From the NCBI GenBank assembly GCA_000934665.2, contig JYFJ02001620.1, positions 1 to 64,000 of the forward strand: a DNA stretch of 64,000 nt. The letters run 5' to 3'. The notes under the pieces are model-generated. The model was not told where the DNA came from. It was given only the letters and a program-made list of their open reading frames with translations, and ran no database searches. Source of the DNA: Catajapyx aquilonaris. Its lineage: Eukaryota. Shown here piece after piece: positions 12,901-27,425 of this stretch; positions within the stretch are counted from its first letter, which is position 1, and every line of letters starts with the position of its first letter. The position numbers and the translations under genes are program-made.

Positions 12901-14640
12901 CTGCACAGATTTTTGTACTTTTCCTCTGAAACGGGATGAACCTTATTAGCAGACTGATATTGTTACAGATCACAGAAAAAAATCTTTCTACAGCAAGATG
13001 TAGTCATTTAAAAGAAACGGAGAACAAAGGATGTGACTAATTCTTCGTCATACTTTCCACTGTACAAAGACCGTAAATGAAAATTGTAGTGCCGTACTTA
13101 GTTCTTTGGTGTGGTTGTAAACAGGTGTCCAGTCTCCGGGTGCACAGGATGAGCCGAAAAATTCGGACAAACTGGCCAGTTTTCTCTCAACGACTGACAT
13201 TTCAGCTCCGCATTTTTCGCTGAGTATGTTTTCCTCCATCAGCTGCAATTATTGCCACTATAATTTTGCAACACGCATCGATATTCACTTCCCATTTCTG
13301 GCTGCTCAAGGATATTCTCACACTAATAGGGGGCATAATGTGCAGTACTTACTCTTCCCATTACTGTGCGCAGTATGTAATCCTTTTCTCTGCCTGCAGA
13401 GATAACATCGTTGTGAAAAAGTGACAGACAAGCCCTTTTCCCTCGTAAGTCTGACAAGGTGTTGATTCTTTGATCGTTTCTCACAACCATAACGATTTCT
13501 GTGCTGAGGTTTCCTGAGAGAAAATCGAAAACTCGACCATTACATGATCCAATTTACATAACACACTTTACATGGCACAAATGGTTTTCCCAAAGAAACA
13601 CTTACGCTTTTCGTGTGCGTGTTGCCTCACTTCTCTCACAACGGAAAATTTTCCGTGGTAATACTTATCCATCAGGTAAAAATCCTCTATACGCTCCACA
13701 GCCACAAAGTCAGCTTGAGCTTTGTTCATTTTACGTATACATTCCGCTCTAATATTTGAAAATCAAAAGGTTCGCATTATTATTTATTATTGATCAAGAG
13801 AACGGACAGCCTCAAACGAATAAGCTTTGAAATCAAGAAAAAGCGACAAATGATCCGGATTAAAAATGTATAATGTTGCACTAGGTGGACCTAGTACAAC
13901 ACGATAAATTTTTAATCCGTGATTTTTGGTTATTCATCTGTATGAGAATATTTAAGGGCTGTCCATTTTTGTAGAGTAAAACTGCTATAAATCAAACATT
14001 TACCTGTCGATTGCAATGACACATTCGAAATTGGTTCCAAATCTGTTGACATTTTCCATGAGATCGTTGCATTTTTGAAGCGTGGTCGGTTTGTTACTTT
14101 TCGTCTGCGGAATGCATAATTTATCTGCAAATATCGGTGAGAGTCATCATTTACAAGCACAGCATATGGTACCTCAAGGACAGATCATTCAGTCACTTTA
14201 TCACCCAGGTTATTAATAATACTTTTATACGTCCTCGTGATGGAAAATTTTACACCCTTCTGAACCTCATGTTACGGCCACTAAAAGTACATCCCCCAAC
14301 GGCATTCTTGCAAGTTCCGGTACAATGCTACACGTTGTCTCGCACGTCTCCCACAATAGTCATTGTCTAGAAACCTCGGGTCAACCACGCGCTCTTCCTG
14401 CCAGCAGCCACCCCCCAAAAAATATGGACACGTCTGATTTGCTGACGAATATTTTTCAAAAGCTTGGCAGCATGTATATTTACGAAGAAAAAAAAAAGCT
14501 GGATCAAATCTGGCGCCCCAGACATGGCCGGCATGACCAACCGCGGCATTGACCTGTCTCGAATACTACTCACACTTTCTCTCGGCCGACTGGACACCGA
14601 TGCCCAAGACCAGAAGCCAGAACCACCAGAAGGAGCCCAT
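9905..14640 (-). CDS. Tf-A: divergent two-lobed transferrin paralog with signal peptide and C-terminal hydrophobic (GPI-like) tail; iron ligands largely lost; ~14 exons
   Basis: Exon 1 14574-14640 MGSFWWFWLLVLGIGVQSAERK; exon 2 ~14004-14124 YKLCIPQ...FECVIAIDR; then FFGSSCAPG, LCSLC, CIWGGSPW, IRPKLECV...RADVTLADP, GKKSCHAINAGNDLAW, YKCLSSGLGDVAFV, CNWGVKPNSKVV; ends SSDFILLITLICVQCWMR*. Confidence 0.88.
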
Positions 14641-15834
14641 CTTCTCGACCAGTCCACACTACACTACCGCACTCATAAGTCCATGGTCCCTTCGGAGAGC
14701 TAACAAAGTCACGTAATGCAATTCTGGCTAACCGCACATCCACTGGTGAATCATTCAGCCCCAAGTACGGCCCGGAAGCAAGCTTGGTTGGCTCTTGGTG
14801 CTCACACCTCCCGGCTCAAACTGAGGCTCTCGGGGTGAGATCCTCAACGTACCAGCTCAACCACCATGGTCTAAAGTCCACCTGTCGATGTGTGGTTGTA
14901 CAAAGAGGGAAATGGGAAAAAGGGGGTCATCAGGTTTCCAACTTCCGACCGACCGATCGTCCAATGAGAAGACAGGGTGTTACCTTCCGACTCTTTTTGC
15001 TACTTTTTCAAGCCCTGGGAATCCGTTGGTGGGATATTATACGAACACCTTTGGGGCCGACTTCTTGTCCTTCGGCACTGCTGGCACTGGTGGAAAGTCA
15101 AGGCTTGCTGACGTAATGGAGCAAAAAAATACTAAGGGGGGGAATTGTGGGGCCAGGTAGTGCGGTGAACAGGTTTTTTTTTCTTCTTTCTTAATCTAAA
15201 TCCCCGCAGGTGATGTGTACTACCTTTGAATTATACCTGGAGTTTCGATACTATCCGGTCTTTATACGTCCTGAAACACTTTTAAAGAAATGTAAAATAT
15301 TTAGGTATTGCACCACCTCCCGAAAGATTTGTCAAATCTCTGAAAAAGGGGCCGAAAAGATGTGGTTATGCATTGTTGGCAGTATTGTTGACAACTGATG
15401 TTTCAAAAATCGGGCGAATTTTGCAGATGGTACAACCGGACCTTATTGACTAATTTTGAAGCGTTTTCTCGAGCGTTTTCTTCACAAATATTAGTGAACT
15501 TTAACCAATCAGAAGAGGGCACTTTTGTTGCTTAAAAAGTTTGTTGGTTAAGCAATGGGTAACTTCCCTTCCTCTTCCGTCTTGGACTGTGGACTTGGGT
15601 GTGTACAGTACCTTCCTGAGTGTACAGTCGTCAATTATTATCTCTCGTTTGCTGTTGTAACTCATATGAAAAAAATACTGGCAATCACTCCCAACAAAAA
15701 AACTGAGAAACAAACAAGAAACAAGAAAAATTTCATAAAATATTGCAAAGACCCAACGTTGGTCTTACCCATCAACGTTTCAGATTTCTTGAAAGTTTTT
15801 GCTGATTTAATATAATTTATTTTGCAAGGCCTTA

Positions 15835-18800
15835 TTAGAGTACAACAGCGAGGAAGGTCAACATAAATGGAAAAATCCAGGTGGCCTTCCAGAGGAAGCC
15901 GCTGTTGTTGCAACAGCGGGGTATCCTGTCTATCATCTTAAAATACCGAGAAATATCCTCGTGGTCCTTCACCGGAGCCACCATGCTCTCAGAGGTAGGT
16001 AAGTGATAAAATCTCTTCGTGTTGTCCTGAGAAGAGAGAAAAAAAGAGCGGTGACATATCAAAACTATTGTGTTTGTGACAATGAATAGAGCCGAATATT
16101 TACGTGAAAAATTAGGTCGTGATTTCCTTGAAACGGGCCGAACAACCAGAATGGGCTGGTCTTTCTCTTGAAAAGCTCAGCGGCTTCCAGAAGCACGTAC
16201 AAGTAGTTTTTAAACTCGCTTGCACTTTTTGATAGTCTCGTAATCACCTGCAATTAGTACGGTCTGATGTAATCGCAGCAATTAATGATTTTCGTGGTAT
16301 AGGGTCAGTTTCTGAAGTGGAAAAAAAAACCCCGATCGAAACTCCTGCGGAAATCAGCTTTGAACGCCGCAAAGATGTTGACTAATCATATCTCTGGCTT
16401 AATCGCACGTCTAGAAAAAATCACTCAAAGTCAACAATTAAAAAAATATGAAGCCTTACAGCAGGAGCAATCAAGGCCACTTTTGAAAAATCAGATTTAG
16501 CAGGCAATTCGGTGGGAACAGTGCTTGTGAAGCGGTGCTAATGGCGATAAGAAATAACATGAAACCTTTCTGCCAGGTACCGTTCCCCAGTGGCACTGAT
16601 AATAACTGGTGAGAGGCTGCAAGGAAGATTCACCATGAGGACACAGGAGACTCAGGCTGGTGAAATCCAAGCCAATGGCCACCTTTCTCGTGTCCTCATC
16701 TGCATGTAAACGGAGCTTATATTTTAGCACATGTTTAAGGCCTTTGTTGCAAAATGAGGATACAGGCTGAATAGAGGAATGAGACCTACCTATGTAGTCA
16801 TTGAATTCACGCAGTCCTTGGTGGAGGGTAACAAAAGCGATGTCGCCAATTTTATCTGCGAGGCAGCGGAAGACGTTTTCTTCTGAGACTGAAGTACGGG
16901 AACTCTTCGTGGGGCAATCTGCGAGGTTTGATTCGGATATATATGTTTAGAGCACTCATTGCATGCAAAATGATAAAGAGATGCTGTATTTTTCTATTCA
17001 GAGTTAGTGGTTATTTTTGAACGGTTGGCAGGCCACGTATCACATGGGTGTCTAAAGGACAATAGGGTAATTAAATCACCGCTTGCGAAATTGCTCTGAT
17101 TGTGCAATCGTGCGGTTTATTATCAGCATGCGTTGTGCTAAGTGGACTATCTGAAGCTTCCGATCCTGAGGTCAGAAGTAGTGACTTGTACCAAGTATGG
17201 CATGGGAGGAATCTAGGATGTCATTTAATCACTTGGAAGTAATGACTGGCTTCCTCAGGAAGCTGGAAAAGTCTCGTATTGCTCATGTTTATTCCCGTGT
17301 TTCTCATCTCGGTTATTATTTTTTGTTTATACGTTGCCTGTGGCAGAACTGCTTTATTAATTTGATATCGGGTAAGATCTGAGTAACTCTATATCCGTGT
17401 ATGGCACAACCTATAAATACAGGGTAATGAGACAGCAATTTTTATTCCCGGATGCCTTTTTTGGGTACTACCTCTTGCAGCACAAGAAAACAGCAATTAT
17501 GCTCATCCTAAATCTTCAGATCTACATGCAATGCTGTCTGAATAAGTAACTGGCAGTATGACTTATCAACGATGCAAACTCCTTTGCTTGGGATAAGCAA
17601 AATAATAATTTTGTAAATTACTGTAGGCTGCGAGTGTGTGCGTATAATTTATTTACGAGTACTTCTTTGGGCAACTACAAACTACCAAACGTCATATTTT
17701 TCATTGCAACCTTTGTTGTTCAGAGGCTTATATAAGCATTGCAGCTTTATACTAACGAGTAAGCCTTCAAAAGTTTTGAACATATCAAATAAATCTTGCA
17801 TTGAATGTTTTTGACGGAATGTTCGACGCCTCAATTTAAGGTGATTATAGTTCACACGTTCACACATCCGACCTCCTATAATTCTGTCGGGCAGTTGTGT
17901 ACGTCCACCTTTAGTCACCCCCTTTTTTCTTTGGCCTAATGCCATGGAGCTTCAGGTGAGCGCAATGCCCCACACAAGCCAGTGAGCCACCAGTAGCTAC
18001 GTTTTATGTATAGACGTAAGAGTAATATGTAAAACCGGTATTTGTACTACGAGATTAATGACGATATTTTTTACCACTTTGAAAGGCATTACAGGAACTC
18101 TTTGAAATATATTGTAGGCTGTTACGTTCTCTCCCAAAATCAACAGAGTTAGGGTTGAAAAAGGAGAAAACGTAACACAAAGGGATTTCACGAGATATTA
18201 TCAGAAGCTGTTTATAAACACTTGCGATGCTCATGTAGTTACACTTGCATCAAATGAAATGCCACTTCCTTAGGCTATACTTTTGGGTGACACACTACAG
18301 TGCATGCTATCATGCAAGTAATTATTACTTCAGTTGAGGCTCATAAAATGTTAAATATTCCTGTCAAGCACTGTAGACGTAACAGGTGCTAAAGCTTTCT
18401 TAGCAAAGTTAATCGAACAACACCGCATTAATATTACAATGAGCCTACAGGTGCTTGCTTTTATGCCCCGCTAATGAATTTGTTTACTGTCACGAAATGC
18501 TAAAATATCGCGGCGCAGACAGCAGCAATGCAGCAGACTAACCCAGTGATCCAAACCAGACGATCCAGGGAGCCCTGCCGTGATAATAACACACTTTCAG
18601 CGATCTGACTCACCACTTGGACGCCCTTCACAGTCAAACTAATCATATCTCAAATCTGAACCATCATAAAGGCATCGCCCCCGATAGATACAGAGCTGTA
18701 CAGAAATGGTACAGAATGGCGCCATCAGTACGACACCAATAATGCCCAGAATTGTACGTCTTCGTATCAACCTCACTTGTCAACCTCACCTGGAGTACCG

Positions 18801-21800
18801 GACCTGCACAGTCCGCACAGCCTGTCCGGATTCCCCCATCGGGTGTCCTCCGGCTCCAGATGCGTCCCGAAGACGCAAACATCCGAGAAGACGGACGCGA
18901 GTGACCCTCCGAGGTCACAGGCTGAATCTGGAATCTTCCCCGCGTCCTTCAGGATCCTGACTGGATACTGCCAACCGTAATCGTTCCCTGCGTGGCTTAT
19001 GTAGCAGGCACTTTTACCCCACAGATCCTCCAGGGTTCGAATCCCGGAGTCGTTCCGGACTACTGCTACCAGATAGTAATTTCGGTCACTTCCTGGAGGG
19101 TTCTCGGACAGGATGGCTTCCAGCTTCTGCTTCCTGCTGGAACAGCATCAGATTGTGTTGGGTTTACCAATCACAACTTTTAGATTTACCCTTTGCTGGA
19201 GTGCAGTAGTCCGCTGTCAGCGCTGATTAGGTCTGATTTCCCTCGGTTGATCTTGTCCAGACAGTCTTCGCTGGAGGCTCCAGGGATGCAGCTGATCTCC
19301 GGGAAGATCCGCCTGGACTTGGCGGCTTCTTTGAAGGCCCTGCATTTTCCCTGTTCGTCCACGTTTCGAGTGCACAACCTCAAGTGCTTGTCGCGAGGAC
19401 ATCGAGGCCTGTCGATGCTCGAACTGTAGTTGCCTGAAACAATGTGCTTCAGTGCTCTGTTACTCAAACACTCGCAAAATGAGAGGAATCCTAAGCGAAA
19501 TTTTTGTAAGGGAAGTAATGGAGAATATTAAATGTTACCGTATATTAAAATTTGTGTGGTGGTGAATAATTGTTGTCCGTATGGGTGGCAGAAAGCATTA
19601 AAAATGACGCCATCAGGCGCTATATAATAATTATGGTCATTTAAAATCGACATTACATACACACATTATGTAACACATTATTGGCTACCTCTGCCAGAAT
19701 GTCCTATTACGCCAGCATACTGTAATTACAGCTCATACCGCAGTTAATTACTCCCTCCTGTTTAAGAACCAAGAAATCAGCGACGTGCTTCTCCCAAACC
19801 TCAAGCCATCCATAACGAACATCGTTACCGCACTCTGCAAAATTACTGTACTTACTGGCTTTCATGTGGTAGCCAACGAGGGGCGGAGGTACTTGAGAGA
19901 CTAGAACACTGGCGGCTATTTCAGGCGTGAACAGCTCATCCACGGTGTTGAACAGCACAGAATCTCCTTGCCTGACGGCTATGATGATACTGATCTGTCG
20001 TCTGAGTTCAGCCTGTTTTGATCTGAAATCAGTTCAGAGGATTAGCATTTTTGAGATTTTATTATTATTTTCTCCTCCACATGCTGACTTACTGGACTAG
20101 TGAAGAAGAAGCTAGGAAGGCAGGCCAAGGAGCTGCGGCCCACGTGCACTGCGTTCCATTCAGAAGGAAGTCCATGGGCTGCACCCGGCCATCCGGACAT
20201 AAAAGTCCGTACTCTTCCGAGTACTCCATCAACTAAAAATACAGCCCACTTCGTGACAAGCCGGCTTTTTTTCCCCCTACCCATCAAAATCCCTTACCGA
20301 GCTGTCACTTATGGCAGCCCCTGCTGTGGTAAAGGCCAGGTCCCCGACCTCCAAAAGGCACTGTAGGGCTCCATCCACCCCCGCATAGTCATCATACTGG
20401 TGGCTAGAGGTCATCGGGTCCTTACACAACGAGGTCAGACTCTGATACTTCACCCCTGAGTAACAAATTTTTAGCACCCTGACACACCCCCGAATAGCAA
20501 TAAAAAAAATAAAAATGGCCTTACTCAACTGGTGCTCAACCATCTTCTTCCCATAAAACCATTGACCGGGAGCACAGGACGGACCAAACAGCTGAGACAC
20601 TGAGGCCAGGTCACGCTCGAGGGCAGGAATGTCCTCGCAAATGGGCTTGGCCACGCCCAAATCTAACAGCTGCGACAAGTGTTTTTAAGCATTTGACTCT
20701 CGAGTGTCGCAGTGACAACTAACTCACCTTTCCTGTTAAGAGGTGAAGGACAAAGTCGTCCTGGGCCCATTCCTCAACTCGATGCAGGCTGGACAGACAG
20801 GCCTTCTTGCCTCTCAAATGTTCCACGCTGTTTATTCCACTGCTCAGACGGACCAGAACTATCGCTTCGTACCTGTATTTACCTGTATAGCAACAATTCG
20901 GATGGAAATATTTGATGCCATATGACCACTCTTTTGGCTGCAAATTGCCTACTTTGTTTTGTCAGTTACATCAGGCCACACCCACGTGCCTTACCTGCAT
21001 CAATCGAGTTCCTGACATCTGCAAGGACGACCATCTGTGTGGGAAAGTGGCGTCCGGCCAGAAAAAGGTCCTCTGGATGCACCACCAGAGATACATGGGC
21101 CTCACCTCGTGCCACCTTCTCAAGGCAGTCCATGCTGCTGACACGGTTCAAATATACAAAGGATCGCAAAAAAAATTTAATGACCACAATTTAATGCGAG
21201 GGTGCGACTTGGCGCTAATCCGGCGCGAGATTTGCATACCAACCTGTCGCCTCCGGAGACGCACTCCAAGTTGACGCCGAAAGGTCGGAGCTGCTGGACC
21301 GTGTCCTGGCAGTGCGAGAATGCAGAAGGGTTCGGGGGCTCTTCATCGTGTCGTTTGGACACGCACAGTTTATCTGCGTGTGGGCCAAGAGATTGCCGTA
21401 GGTTAAGGCATGCGGAAATCGCGGCTCTGGAACCGCGGGCCACTTAAATCTCCCACTTTAGACACTCGCTCTTGGATTCTGCACAAGTCCCAAGTTTTCG
21501 CAAAATTTCCGTCGTGAGGCGCTTAGCTCCTATGCAAATCATACATGGTGTGGAACTCAACACCAGAAATACTATACCAGTTCACAAAATAGTTGTAGCT
21601 GCATGTTAGTGTTGTTTGAAGTTCTGCGGGATGAGGGCGTGTTCTTATATAAAAATGCAACTGCGTCTTGTGTTTCAAGGCGTGGTAAACCGGTTTTATG
21701 CCCATCAGAAAAGCAGTGAGTTACACAAATTGTGGCAGGAAAAAAAATCCCATTTTCCGAGAACTATAAATAAAATTTACATGTATTGAAAGATAAGTAT

Positions 21801-22495
21801 TAGAGCCCAGAACTACAGATAAACAGGTTGCATACCGCCACACCTTTTTTTTGTGAACCCAGTCATCAAAGTCCACTCGAGTAAACCAGAGAAATCCGGG
21901 TACACCATGTTGAAATGAATAGATATAGCAGTGTCACCCATGCTGGTCATAAATCAGTCAATCCTTGTGGCTCCTGCCACAAATTGTTCGCTAATTGGCT
22001 AATTTATACAGGGTGGTGCACAGCCCAAGAAACCAGTTCAAGAGGGAGAAGAATTTATGGATTGTTTACCCCAGCAATTAGTTCAAACAGAACGAATCAG
22101 TCGGAAGAAACAACCAGCACTTGTTGTGATTGTGATTGTTCTCAATTACAGGGTGGTAATGAGGCTACACACCACCCTGCAATGGTACCTATCAATTATA
22201 TTCGTGGAAATCAAACAAGCCAAGCCTCAGACAAAAAAAGCTACGAATGCATCAAGGCGCATTAAAGATTCAAGGAAATGAACTAATAGGAGGGGACATG
22301 CTGTGTAATCCATGGGTGGGACCAATCAACATGCATAAGGAGGAAATCAATGATTGGATTTTTCCTGGACTGATTTCCTCCCCAGCCCCGATTTGAATAG
22401 AGAACAACAATCGAGCACTTACATGCATCGTATGCTGCTGCGACCGATGTGATGGCCAAGACGCTCATCATCAAGACGACTTCACACCGCGACAT
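15835..22495 (-). CDS. Tf-B: divergent two-lobed transferrin paralog with signal peptide and GPI-like tail; iron ligands largely lost; ~14 exons
   Basis: MSRCEVVLMMSVLAITSVAAA signal; YKLCVSK...LECVSGGDR; KYRYEAIVLV...GKKACLSS; YAGVDGALQCL; CTWAAAPWPAFL; IFPEISC...SDLISADSG; NYYLVAVVRNDSG...SACYISHAGNDYGW (exon ~18790-19134); CHWGTVPGRKV; ends WIFPFMLTFLAVVL*. Confidence 0.88.
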
Positions 22496-25400
22496 GTCCC
22501 CAACCCCTAATCAATCCTGTTTACCAACATCGAAGGCATTGCCCTCCGTTGCTCCTGATGCGAACCGCAACTTCCTACCTCTGGAGATATCAACTTGAAA
22601 TTAAAAGATCATCCTCCCAAAAAAATACACAGGGAGAAAGACATGTGTATAAAACGTGGCCAGCAATGTGTCACACTTTAATTGACACCAGCCAGAGGCG
22701 CGCGCACACACACAAAAAAACAAACAAGCTAAGCTGACCAAGTGTCCCATCCGGACCTACGGATAAATATATCTCCGGTGTAGCTCGCACACTAACAATA
22801 GCATATCCAGCTGGTGTGGCCAATAGGGTCAGAAACCAATAGACTCACCGAGGCGGCGGATATAAAAGGTCGACCCCCCCTCACATGGCACGCGCTAGTC
22901 CACTGGCAATTTCGGTCGAGCCATTTGTTCCAATGGGATATAGTCAACTGCTCCAACTCTTTTGCACGTCCTTCTGGCAAAATGCTCGGGGAAAGGCAAG
23001 GTCAAGCTCTTGTTGTAGAGAGCGTCGCGCCAAAACTCAGTGTGGGCAAAACCCCCCCGTCCTTTCCCTTGCACACCCCCTCCACCTACTACACCCCCTC
23101 CCTGTACCCACTTCGCCGAGTGTTTGTTTGCTGGCAAAGTTAGTCAGTTGCTGGCGGTGATCGTAAATTACTGGCATCAACAGGAGGTTTTGTTCCCCTG
23201 AGAACTAGTGAAAGTGGACGGGGTTATTGGCTGCACGGAATCTTTACCGTCTTGGCTTGGAATAGGCAGGTGGGGGGTTGGAAGGGGGAATTGTGAGGGA
23301 GGGGAAGGGGGGGGGGGACAACTGAATACGGTAATTAATTCGTGATGTATTGGATTCGCGCTCAGGAACTCGCGTACTGCATAGCATTATGGTCGTTACA
23401 CACAACACGGGGGTTGTGCGACGCGAAGTATTCGGTGGCACGAATTTTTTTGGCTGCCAATAATTTTTACGGGATTAAAGCTCACGCTAATGGGGTGCAT
23501 AAATAAATTGAAGTGTTTATTATCCTTACTGTTGGAACTGGAGGGACGTCAACAACCTTGTTTACATTATGATGATGTAATTTAAAGAACCCTTGACGCG
23601 GAAAAAATATTTGACATAAACTTACATATTAATGCCCCTGGCTGGAGGACATCAGTAAAAAAAAGGCTTTGCTATGTTCCTAATGATATAATTCATATAA
23701 ATCCTAATCAACTGTATTACTAGATTATTTTACGGTTCACGTGTGAAATATTCATGAAAGCGTTGATTGTAGCATCAACTTTATTGTAACTGCAAATTTT
23801 ACAGTATATGCTAATTTCTACAGGACATTTCTGTCACGACGTGCAGTCTTACAGATTCAGTGCATTATGCTAATGCAATTAAACTGCACAGGATTGTTTA
23901 GCGCTGATTTAACTGCATCATGATATGAACACCATCAAAATGATTACGATGAAGTGATATTTCGAATTATTAACTATTAAATTAAAATTGCACTCTACCA
24001 CCTAAAATTCAAATGAAAAAGTCAAGCTCGGTTCGAGTAACCTTGACATACCGTAATTTACGGGTTAAATTTCCAGACTGTTATCTTGGCAATGAGGCTC
24101 CGAACCCGAAATAACACTTCTTCATAAAGTTATCATCTGGTCCACAAGAATTCACCCTAAAGGTTGTCGACATTAATTACCTTCCATACCTTACGTAGTT
24201 GAGAATTGACAGTTATGTGTCAATCTGTATACAGTACTTTATATATCTGCAGCATGTTGGAAAGAATTTCCCACACGACATACAAGCAACAAGAGAAATG
24301 GATGTGTCAGCTTTGTCAATTGGCGTACTTATGGTAATACACTAATGTCCTGCATCATTGAATAAATAGAGCAACGTAATTTAATCACCGGTTATCACTC
24401 GATCATCCTGTGAACCTAAGAGCAGGTCCGTCCTGTATGTATACATGAATGCTTTTTATGAGGTCGCTTCATCTGGAATAACCATAACATTATCCTGCCA
24501 GCATTTCCTTTGTGCTAAAAAAAATCTGGCTCAGACCTGTCTCGTAACTTACGTGGCAATGCCACTTTTCACGTCCTTTAAGTCGGACGCATTTCAAGTC
24601 TCAAGTAGTTAAATTCCTCGAGAGCAGTAGATAATACCATTTCATGACTAAGCTAGTCGACTCGCCTCTTAATGATTCCCATTACGAGATCATGCGTGTG
24701 TGTGTGTCAGAGGCTTGTCGTTCAAGCTCTAAACGTGCTGTTACTCATGTGTCGTATCCTTCTTCGCACATGCCATTCGACCTTGGACAGAGTCTTGAAC
24801 TGTAACACTCGACGCAACTATATGCACAATGTGCCTCTCTCTGAATCTCGCTATTTGAAGTGGCAACATAAGTAATAGCCCTGCAGTTCGTAACTGCTAA
24901 AATATTGAGTTCAATATTTAGTAGAGCTACAGTTTATCTTCTCTGTCGTTCGTAAATAAACGCTCTGTTTTACTTTGCAATTTAATTTTCAGGGGTATCT
25001 TCTCAATTTGAATGGTTTTCACATTTTGTGCTTTTGAAGAGCGAAAATGTTCTCTGCATTGCATTGCCTCAAACAATTCCGTCTGTTCGGGTATATGATT
25101 AGCACTAAAGGCGTGTGGAAAAACGACCTTAAAATTGATTTATGGCCACCTGATAGATTACCCGAGAGGACTGGAGACTACTCGTATTTCACGCAGGGAG
25201 ATCGAGCAAAATTCATACAAAATAATTTAAAGAGTAAATAAATATTAGAATGATCGTTGCATAATATGGCAATAAATTTATATTAGGAATATGACCGTGT
25301 GCAGTAAATTGTTAGGTCTGTAATAATAGGTCTTGGGCTGTGTTTTAATGATTATGACGTTTGCAGTAAAACGATGTCTATTGCCGTGTAGCTATTACGC

Positions 25401-27425
25401 AATAAATGCAATAAAAGTTCGCTTGCACATGGTAATATTACACAACACATTGCCACTTAATTACAATTAGTGTAAAGAGGGCTTTGTAGTGATTTTAAAG
25501 GAGCTTGTGACGAAGTTTTTGCCTGCACATCATGTGTAACGGAAATCTATACCTCTTTGAATCCATAGTCTTTGATGTTGCACTGTAACTTAAGCAAAGG
25601 GGCCTATTGAATATTCAGCTTCTGTATGTAGCCTACCTGGGCACCTTACTTTACAGTCTATTCCTATAGGAGCATTATAAAATTACCATTTCGCCCAAGC
25701 TGCCGGTACTGCCATAACTGAGTCAAATTAGCCAGCTTAAATTCCAGAGATGAAATATCGAGCAAAATGCCTGTGCAAAGGTATTTCTTAATCATTCCTG
25801 TAAACTTTTAGGGTGAACTTACGGGAATCAGAGAGTAATTTTATGTTCAAGTGTCATTTGTCTCCGAAGCCTTTCACTGAGAAAATTATAATTAATTAGA
25901 GTGCAATGTACTACTGTTACTTTTTATGTGAGGAAGCCTATGGTGATATATCAATGTCGTGGAAACTGCCGACTATACCTAACGAGATCACAATTATTTG
26001 TTGTGCAATGCATGGTAAATAGGTATGTTTATTTTAAAATAAAAAGATGCACTTACAATGAGTGATGCATACCTACAAGGATATTGCATAACTTGTGTTT
26101 GATGATCATTATCTCGATAAGGAGGCTGATAATTGATCTTTGATATAACATTCAAAATCGCCAATGTGTTTTAGTCTGCAAAGATTAGCATCTGAGAATA
26201 AGAGACCAAACTCGTATTTTGCCCCAAAAAAAGTATTTAAGACGGCCTTACCTTATGTAAAGTGATGTATTCGACGGATTAAATGTGCCTAGTATAGCAT
26301 CAGTTGCGGGAGAGGGCACGGAGCTCCAGCCCACACTTCTCTTGGATACTCAATGTCTGCTCAATGTAATGCGGAAGAAATCTCAAGAGTGACCACGCAT
26401 GTCATTCTACGATTCAACTCGATCCTTACAAGTCCGTGTCATTGCTCAGGTTTTGGATTAGTTATGCGTAGCCTGTATTCAAGAGTATAAAACTACATTA
26501 GTATAGCTAATTCTTAATACGATTCAGCAAAAACAACAGCCTATTTGGTGCAGAATTTTTCCTTACAATGAAAAATATACACATTCCAATGTTCAGATTA
26601 TAAAGGAACATAAATACGAATGAGTTTAATTATATTATAAATGATTATAAAGTTGCTGGTACTTTTCGACAGGCGTACGTAAGTTCTGACTGTGAGAGAA
26701 GAGCACGCAGAGTTTTACATTTTTTTGTAGGCTCGTAATGTATTCTACAGTAGTGTCATTATGGTCTAATCCTTAATATAAGGTTATCTAGTGTCTTTTG
26801 TGTTGCATCGCTAAAAATGAATAATTATTGTCCAAGACCGTTGATTCTATGCAAATGTCAAGGTAAGTCAGTCTGCAAGTCCTACCTACTTTTCTCCTTT
26901 TTGTGTAAACGCGTTTGGTATCATGTTATCCTGTAAAGAGTATAAATCTCTGAGAGAAGGAAATGACACGCAGATATACTAATGATTGGTTAATAACTTA
27001 TTTAATTTTTAACAGGAAAAGCTGGTATCTTCATGAGATATGACTTCATTTATTTTTCTATGCAATCGACCTGAAAAGCTGCTGGTTTATTTTATTTTAT
27101 TTTATTGATTGATTTATTTGTACATAACTGAAATGCTTTGTACTGTACGTACATAAACATAAAATGGATTTTGACAAGTAATGCCCAACTGGTGATAATT
27201 TACCATTGAACGACTTAAATGGTTGCTAAATTGTGTGACAAAAAAATTAAAGCAAATTTGTTGCACCCTACCTTTGAAATAAATTGAATTCACTTTACTA
27301 TCTCACAGTAGGCTTTGATAATGGGCGTCGTTCACAATGAGGCAACTTGCTAGTCACATGAACACAAAAAAGTTTGCACGTTGATGCAGGTGACAAAACA
27401 TGTACGGCACAAGTAATAATGATTA

